IMG/VR virus record: IMGVR_UViG_3300009609_000004
Coordinates: 1 to 62,220 of that record
Reading direction: 5' to 3' (one strand)
From: a virus
Taxonomy: Duplodnaviria > Caudoviricetes
Length of the DNA: 62,220 nucleotides
Under the pieces are notes generated by a model. The model did no database searches, had not been told where the DNA came from, and saw only the letters and a program-made list of their open reading frames with translations. Positions within the stretch are counted from its first letter, which is position 1, and each line of letters opens with the position of its first letter. Shown piece by piece: positions 56,069 to 62,220 of this stretch. Position numbers and translations under genes: made by a program.

Positions 56069-56433
56069 GGGTGCTCATGGCGGCGCTGTTGATACTCGCG
56101 GGATTCATTGCAGGTGTCGTGTTGGTCGAAGCGCAGGACCATGCCGTGCCTGATCTGACGGTGCGAGAGATCGTCGAAGTTCTCGCCGAGTTTGACGTCA
56201 AGCATGCGGATCAACAGCCGTTCTTTAAGCCGGCGTACGGAGTCACGGACTTTTCGAGCACTCCTCCGACGATCTGGCTTTTCAACGTTGGCGATACCAC
56301 TCTTCGCCGGATGACAGTAATCCATGAGTTGATCCACGTGCGCTGCCGCAAGGCTGTTGTTGACTGCCCGGAGGAGTACGTCGGGGCTGAAGAGATGCGG
56401 CAGTATCAGAAGCTATTCGGGGTTGCGCAGTGA
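56065..56433 (+). CDS. Exported/membrane HExxH metallopeptidase-like protein
   Basis: Hydrophobic leader ending VEAQ; TVIHELIH. Confidence 0.6.
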   Translation: MRVLMAALLILAGFIAGVVLVEAQDHAVPDLTVREIVEVLAEFDVKHADQQPFFKPAYGVTDFSSTPPTIWLFNVGDTTLRRMTVIHELIHVRCRKAVVDCPEEYVGAEEMRQYQKLFGVAQ

Positions 56434-57370
56434 GCGAAATCAATCTTGGCGATGAGGTTAAAGACATTATCACCGGGTTTGAAGGCGTCGTTATTGCACG
56501 GCAGGAAGGTTTATTCGAAACGACGTCCTGCAAGGTTCAGCAGCGTGGCGTGAACGATGACCATCGGCCCTTCGAGCCGATCTGGTTTGAAGAATCCAGG
56601 CTGGAGCGGCAGTGTAAATCAGCTGTGGTTCCAAAGGAGGAACTGGATGAAGCCGGCAAGAGCCAAGGCTGAAAAAGAACGCCTCGCCGAAGTGAAGTTT
56701 CGCAAGCTGATACGGCGAGTCCCGGACAACGCGACCTTCGTGAGCATTCTCCTCGGATTTGACGACAAGCCGTTTCGTGCGGACTTCTACCGGCGCGCAG
56801 TTCCTTATCTGAAGTTTGAGCCTATCCCTTTGGAGGCAGTCAATGGTTGAGATTGGATACGGTGGCCGCGGAACGCATGCGGTCCTGAAGCAGCCGTCGA
56901 AGCCAAACCTGAAGTCATTCGATCTGACGAACATCAGCATTCGGGAAATCGAGAACGCCTGCATTGTCGAGTGCCGGTACAAGATGAAGGCGTCAGTTGA
57001 AGAGAAACTGAAGTCGCAGTCGAAGGAGAAATATGTCGATTACGACCTGAAGAACACGAGCGAGGAGCACTCGTTTCCGACACGTGAAGAGGCTGCGCAA
57101 TTCATCACGGCACGCCTGTTGGGCAAGGACTACAAGACGCCGGAAAAGGTCGACGCCGCGCCAAAGACAAAAGTGACGACGAGGGCTTGAGTTATGCCGA
57201 TGGCTGGTTCCCTCGGTAATCGCATCCGCGAGTTCCATCACGGAAAGACGTACGCCCGAACGAAGGCGAAGCACGGCGCCGCTGTTGCAAATAAGCAGGC
57301 CGTCGCTGCCGCGCATGAAAGTATGCGGACAATAGGTTCGATGCACCGGAGCATGAAGAAGAAAAAGTAG
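56430..57370 (+). other. Small ORFs between TerL and portal
   Basis: 56430..56672 (LGDEVKD.ITGFEG family), about 56647..56850, 56843..57190 and 57194..57370 (basic, MPMAGSLGNRIREF...KQAVAAA). Confidence 0.6.
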
Positions 57371-59665
57371 ATGGGCCGCCGCGTAATCCCGGAATCTCCT
57401 GAGGCAAAATTTAAACGTAAAGCAAGGGTCACCACCGCAGCTACGAATCTTACGCGTACCGAGATCGACATCGTTCCGGATGATCCGACGCAGCCGACCA
57501 GGGAAGGCAACGTTAGGGAGTTCCTCGATCAGGCACTACAGCGGTTCAAGATCGCAGCCGACGCGGAGTTCTACAACCGGACTGAGGGCCTGCAGGATGC
57601 GCTCATGGTCGACGGCGAGCGCCAGTGGGACGAAGATGTACGCTGCCGGCGCAAGCGCAAGAAGCGCCCGTGCCTGACGCTCAATCGGTTTATTCCGATG
57701 ATTGCTCACGTGGCAAACGAGCATCGGATGTCGAAGGTCGGGATCGATATCAAGCCGGTCGGTGGCGGTGCGGACGTGCAATCTGCAGAGATCCGGCAGG
57801 GCCTCATTCGCCATATCGAAGTCATTTCCTGTGCCGACACCGTATACGACACGGCCTTTGAGCGAATGATCGAAAAGGGCTGGTCGTGGTTCCGTGTGGT
57901 GACGGATTGGGAGTCCGATACATCGTTCCATCAGGTCGTTCGCATTGAGGGCTTCACAAACGATTTCGCAGTGTACTCGGATCCGAGCGCGGAAGATCCG
58001 ACGCGTAAGGACATGAAGTTCGGCTTCATCGTGCGAGATGTCCCTCGCGGTGAATACCTGACTCAGTATCCGAAGTCAAAGGCGGCCGGGCTTACATCGT
58101 TCGCGAGCATCGGCGATGACAAGATGGGTTGGCTAACGCCGGACTCGGTTCGCATTTGCGAGTACTACTACATGGACGAGGAGCCGGCAATCGCGGTGCG
58201 ACTCGCAGACGGCGAAGGCGTGTGGCGCGATGAAATCGAAGAGCGCGACGGACTCTGGTACAACGCGCTGCAGTTGAAAGCGATGGACGAGGGGCTTCTT
58301 CAGCCGGAGATGGTGCTTCCGATTCCAGTCGATCAGGACAGGGACGGGAACCTGATCACGCGCGAAAGCGTTCGAATGCGTCCCAAGTGGGCAAAGATCA
58401 ACGCGGTCGAGATCCTCGATGGCGACCAGGGTAGCGATTTCACGAAGAGCACGGCCGGCCGAGACATCCCGGGCAAGTTTATTCCGCTGATTCACGTTGC
58501 GGGTCGTGAGCGCGTCGTTGAAGGACAGCGGCGGCTTTCCGGTATGGTTCGCAACAACAGGGACGCACAGCGGATCTACAACTACATGGCGTCCGGATTC
58601 GTTGAGATGGTGGCTCTCGCGCCGAAGTCGCCTTTCATTGCAGCCATCGGTCAAATTGAAGAATTTAAGCCGCTATGGGATTCGCTCAATGAAGAGAACT
58701 GGCCGTACCTGCCATACAAGCCGAAGGATGTCAGTGGTCAACTTGTACCGCCGCCGATTCGCCAGGATAACCGAATAGCGGAATCGGCTATCGGATACCT
58801 GCAGGGACTGCGCGAGTTCGACAACATCATCAAGATCGGCTTCAACATTTTTGATCCGTCGCTCGGAGTGCCAAAGGCGGATCAGTCTGGCCGGGCTGTT
58901 GCGGCGCTCCAGGCACGAAGCGATTCAGCGAACTACAACTGGCTAGACAACATGAATCGAGCGCGTGTGCATGCGGGCGAAGTGATTCTCCACATGCTGC
59001 CAGTCGTCTACGACGCGGCGCGCATCGTCACGATTGTTCGTCCTGACAACGAACGGCAGGAGATCGCGATCAACCAGGAGTTCCCGGATCCTAAGACCGG
59101 CAAAGCTGTCAATTACGATATGTCAGTCGGTAAGTACTCGGTCACGGTGTCGATTGGCCAATACGCTTCGAAGCGCGAAAAGGCTGTTGCGGCGCTCACG
59201 GATATTGCAAAGAACGTTCCTCAGGTGGCTATCGCTCTGCTGCCGATGATTCTCGAAAACATGGATGCGCCGATGGCAGAAGAGGCCGCGGCGATCGTGA
59301 AGCGTCTTCAGCCGCCGGAGTTGCAGGAGCCGGGTTCTCCGGAAGCTATGCAGGCGCAGTTCGCCTCGCTCATGCAGCAGCATCAGTTGCTGATTCAGGC
59401 GCTCGAACGTGCGAACCGACTCATTGAAACCGACGTTCTCGATAGCGAGACGAAGAAGGAAGTCGCGTCGATTCAGGCGCGCGCACAGATGGCCGTCGCA
59501 ATGGCGAAGCTTGGCAGCGCGGATGGAATCGCACGATTGAATGCAGAGTACAAATCGATCCAGGCCGATGCCGATCGTATCCACGATCAGATCGTGGGCG
59601 CGCTGGACCGGAAGCATGAAAAGGAAGTCGTGCAGATGAAGCCTGCTCCGACCTCCAAGAAATAG
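57371..59665 (+). CDS. Portal protein (P22-like)
   Basis: G.QW...RPCLTLN...VYSDP...DAQRIYNY..S...APK...SGRA...VYD..R motifs. Confidence 0.92.
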   Translation: MGRRVIPESPEAKFKRKARVTTAATNLTRTEIDIVPDDPTQPTREGNVREFLDQALQRFKIAADAEFYNRTEGLQDALMVDGERQWDEDVRCRRKRKKRPCLTLNRFIPMIAHVANEHRMSKVGIDIKPVGGGADVQSAEIRQGLIRHIEVISCADTVYDTAFERMIEKGWSWFRVVTDWESDTSFHQVVRIEGFTNDFAVYSDPSAEDPTRKDMKFGFIVRDVPRGEYLTQYPKSKAAGLTSFASIGDDKMGWLTPDSVRICEYYYMDEEPAIAVRLADGEGVWRDEIEERDGLWYNALQLKAMDEGLLQPEMVLPIPVDQDRDGNLITRESVRMRPKWAKINAVEILDGDQGSDFTKSTAGRDIPGKFIPLIHVAGRERVVEGQRRLSGMVRNNRDAQRIYNYMASGFVEMVALAPKSPFIAAIGQIEEFKPLWDSLNEENWPYLPYKPKDVSGQLVPPPIRQDNRIAESAIGYLQGLREFDNIIKIGFNIFDPSLGVPKADQSGRAVAALQARSDSANYNWLDNMNRARVHAGEVILHMLPVVYDAARIVTIVRPDNERQEIAINQEFPDPKTGKAVNYDMSVGKYSVTVSIGQYASKREKAVAALTDIAKNVPQVAIALLPMILENMDAPMAEEAAAIVKRLQPPELQEPGSPEAMQAQFASLMQQHQLLIQALERANRLIETDVLDSETKKEVASIQARAQMAVAMAKLGSADGIARLNAEYKSIQADADRIHDQIVGALDRKHEKEVVQMKPAPTSKK

Positions 59666-59681
59666 TTTCAGTTACAACTTA

Positions 59682-59755
59682 GCCCTCGTAGCTCAGGTGG
59701 AAAGAGCAGTCGGCTTCTAACCGACAGGCCGCAGGTTCGAATCCTGCCAAGGGCT
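59682..59755 (+). tRNA. tRNA-Arg (anticodon TCT)
   Basis: Acceptor GCCCTCG/CAAGGGC (one mismatch), D-arm GCTC/GAGC, anticodon arm GTCGG-CTTCTAA-CCGAC, T-arm GCAGG-TTCGAAT-CCTGC; no encoded CCA. Confidence 0.9.
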
Positions 59756-59835
59756 CTCGCGGAGTTCTCCGCGTTATCGGCCACCGCTTGTGCCGTCAAA
59801 CAGGCGAACCCATCCCACATTCAGGAGTGAATTGA

Positions 59836-60873
59836 ATGTCCATTGAAATCGAGACCAGTACAGACACGCCCGAACAAGTCAAGGAAGCACTCGGCAAAGC
59901 CGTCGAGATCGACGAATCGGACGTACCACCAGAAGAGAAGCCGCCCGCGAAAACACCTCCCAAAGAGGAGTCGGGCGAACCCAGCACGGAAGAGGAATCC
60001 GAAGAAAAAGAGGAACAAAAAGGCGACGAGGAAGAGGACGAGGAACCCGAAGAAAAAGCGGCAGCGAAACCCAAAAAGCCAGCACCAGACATGGTGCCAC
60101 GCGCGCGGCTGAACGAGGAAATCCGAAAGCGTAAGGACGCGGAGGCGAAAGTTGCTGACCGTTCGAAGGCTGACGAGGAACCGGAGCCGCAAAAGGACGA
60201 GCGACCGCAGACATTTTCGGGAAAGCCTGAGCCGAAGCTTGAAGACTTCACGAAGAACATCGACCCGTACGACAACAAGGCGATGTCTGAAGCGACGGCC
60301 GAATTCACAAAGGGCTACCAGTCGTGGTCTCGCGAAGAGGCCAGGGCTGAAGCCACCTACGACCGCAGACAGCATGAAGCAGAAGCGGAACGTCAGGAAA
60401 AGATCGGTCCGTTCCTTGAACGAGTCAAGGCAACGACCGAGCGGCATCCGGATTATGACAACGTTGTACCAACGTCGAAGATTCAGATTTCCGGGCTCAT
60501 GGAGGAATTTATCTATGAGTCGGAGATTGGTCCGGACCTCCTCTATTACCTCGTTGAGCATTCCGACGAGACAAAAGCAATTCGCGGCATGAAGGCGCGA
60601 AGTCAGTCGAAGGCGATGCTCGATCTCGAAGCCAAGGTGCACGGCGAAATCGAAGCCGCATCTGGCGACGAAGGCACAGTTCCTCCCAAGAAAACGGTGA
60701 CTCCTCCTGCAAAGAAAACAAGCTCAGCCCCACCGCCAGCGACGCGATTGAAATCGACCGGCCCGGAACCGAAAACCGAGCAGCAGCTTGCCGGAACCCA
60801 GGACAAGACCGGAGTCGATATCGAGTTCAAGCCGGAATACGAGAAAGCGGTAAAGGCAAGGCGATCCACGTAA
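59836..60873 (+). CDS. Scaffolding protein
   Basis: Acidic, disordered N-part; PKLEDF, PDYD and GPDLLYYL motifs; between portal and coat. Confidence 0.8.
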   Translation: MSIEIETSTDTPEQVKEALGKAVEIDESDVPPEEKPPAKTPPKEESGEPSTEEESEEKEEQKGDEEEDEEPEEKAAAKPKKPAPDMVPRARLNEEIRKRKDAEAKVADRSKADEEPEPQKDERPQTFSGKPEPKLEDFTKNIDPYDNKAMSEATAEFTKGYQSWSREEARAEATYDRRQHEAEAERQEKIGPFLERVKATTERHPDYDNVVPTSKIQISGLMEEFIYESEIGPDLLYYLVEHSDETKAIRGMKARSQSKAMLDLEAKVHGEIEAASGDEGTVPPKKTVTPPAKKTSSAPPPATRLKSTGPEPKTEQQLAGTQDKTGVDIEFKPEYEKAVKARRST

Positions 60874-60921
60874 ATATGCTCAACGATCCCATCAGTTGGG
60901 AGTTGAGCGGAGGATACCCAT

Positions 60922-62169
60922 TTGTCCAATCAATTCCTGACGACCAGCGAGGTGCTTCAGCGGTCCTTGCCGGTTCTTCGAAACAACCTGACGTTTTCGA
61001 GATACTGCAATTCCCAATATTCAGACCAGTTCGCCCGTGAAGGCGCGAAAGTCGGGACTGTAGTTACAGCCCGTAAACCCCCCAAATATCGCGGCCGGTA
61101 TGGCAACGCGATCGACGTTGAAGACATTCAAGAGACGCCGGTGCCTGTCGTTTGCGACAAGCTCTTCGGTGTCGATCTTGAGTACGACGACGTTGCCCTA
61201 ACCCTCACGATGGACAACTTCCAGGACCGGTACATCGATGGAGTCATGGCGCGGATTGCCAATGAAATCGATTACACCGGCATGCAGTTGTACAAGGACG
61301 TCTACAACTTTGTCGGCGTTCCGAATGCCGTTCCTTCTTCGCGTACCACATATCTCAGCGCCGGCGTGTTGCTCGACAACACGGCCACTCCTCGTCGAGG
61401 AAAGGGTTCGCGATCGAACGTCATCAGCCCCCAGATGCAGGCGACTCTCGCCGACAACCAGGCGACGCTGTTCAATCGTCAGTCTACGATTGCCGAGCAG
61501 AACGACACGGGCGAGATGGGCTATGCGCTCGGGTTCCAGTTCGCGATGGATCAGAACACCCCGGCGCACACCATTGGCGCTCTCGGCAGTACGCCTCTCG
61601 TTAATGGTGCAGGCCAGACCGGCTCGAGCATCCTTTGCGACGGCGCCGGCGGCACGGTGAGCGGTTACCTGAAGCAGGGCGATTGCATCACGTTCGATGC
61701 CGTGTATGGCATCGTTCCGAACACGGCGACGAAGACTGGCGGCGGTGTCTCTACTGGAGCGCTTCAGCAGTTCGTCGTGACGCAGGATATCGATGCGACG
61801 TCCGGCGATTTCACTGTCCTGATCTCGCCGCCGATCATCACGACCGGCGCCTTCCAGACCGTTACGAATTCTCCGGCAGACAACGCGGCGATTCTCATCT
61901 TCGGTCACGCGTCTTCGTACGCAAACCTGGTCTGCAAGCAGGGTCTGGCCTTCAATCAGAACGCATTCACCCGCGTCATGGTTGATCTGCCGGTTCCAGG
62001 CGGCGTCGACATGGGAGGCAGAATCAAAGACAGGGAGTCGGGCCTCGCATTCCGACTTGTGCGTGCTTACGACGTGCGTGGAAACAGCCGGCCTACCCGC
62101 GTGGAAGCACTGTGGGGCTGGTCGACGCTGTACCCCGAGTGGGCTTGCCGCGAAGTGTCGAGTTCTTAA
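60922..62169 (+). CDS. Major capsid protein (P22 coat-like)
   Basis: N.FLT...L.NNL.F...KVG...GFQF.MDQN...GD.ITF...LAFN.NAF..V..DLP...LR.VR.YD...R.E.LWG. Confidence 0.92.
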   Translation: MSNQFLTTSEVLQRSLPVLRNNLTFSRYCNSQYSDQFAREGAKVGTVVTARKPPKYRGRYGNAIDVEDIQETPVPVVCDKLFGVDLEYDDVALTLTMDNFQDRYIDGVMARIANEIDYTGMQLYKDVYNFVGVPNAVPSSRTTYLSAGVLLDNTATPRRGKGSRSNVISPQMQATLADNQATLFNRQSTIAEQNDTGEMGYALGFQFAMDQNTPAHTIGALGSTPLVNGAGQTGSSILCDGAGGTVSGYLKQGDCITFDAVYGIVPNTATKTGGGVSTGALQQFVVTQDIDATSGDFTVLISPPIITTGAFQTVTNSPADNAAILIFGHASSYANLVCKQGLAFNQNAFTRVMVDLPVPGGVDMGGRIKDRESGLAFRLVRAYDVRGNSRPTRVEALWGWSTLYPEWACREVSSS

Positions 62170-62220
62170 CCGTCAACCGCAACCAGATTTCACCAACAAA
62201 ACGAAAGGACAACAGAAAAC
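62098..62220. repeat. Terminal direct repeat, copy 2
   Basis: Identical to 1-123. Confidence 0.97.

Noticed and set aside
1-62220. Stop-codon reassignment as the explanation for split TerL and methyltransferase
   Set aside because: All other long genes are intact in the standard code; the breaks are an insertion and a frameshift.

Overview
The window is a complete, circularly assembled temperate phage genome of about 62.1 kb (bases 1-123 repeat exactly at 62098-62220). Its head and tail genes resemble those of P22-like podoviruses. The late arm (+ strand, about 52.5 kb, wrapping round to 22.4 kb) carries a GroES-like co-chaperonin, a large terminase split in two by an endonuclease gene, portal, tRNA-Arg(TCT), scaffold, coat, head-tail adaptor, an SLT lysis cassette, tail hub, tailspike and three ejection-type proteins. 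The early arm (- strand, about 49 kb down to 22.4 kb) carries cro/xis, a DUF6745-type repeat protein, an SPFH protein, a C5 DNA methyltransferase, two PD-(D/E)XK nucleases, RusA, a MazG-like enzyme and many small ORFs. A repressor, tyrosine integrase and probable attP lie at 49-51 kb. The most unusual observations are: (1) seven morphogenesis-operon proteins, including the tailspike, carry Sec-type signal peptides and paired cysteines; (2) the methyltransferase locus is dual-coded, and a single G9 tract frameshifts both overlapping frames at once; (3) an array of small genes is delimited by a repeated RBS/gene-end linker; (4) TerS lies about 18.5 kb from the split TerL, in an island with a serine resolvase and res-like sites; (5) a 14 x 12-bp repeat varies at only two positions. 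All family assignments come from motif recognition by eye. No database searches were run.
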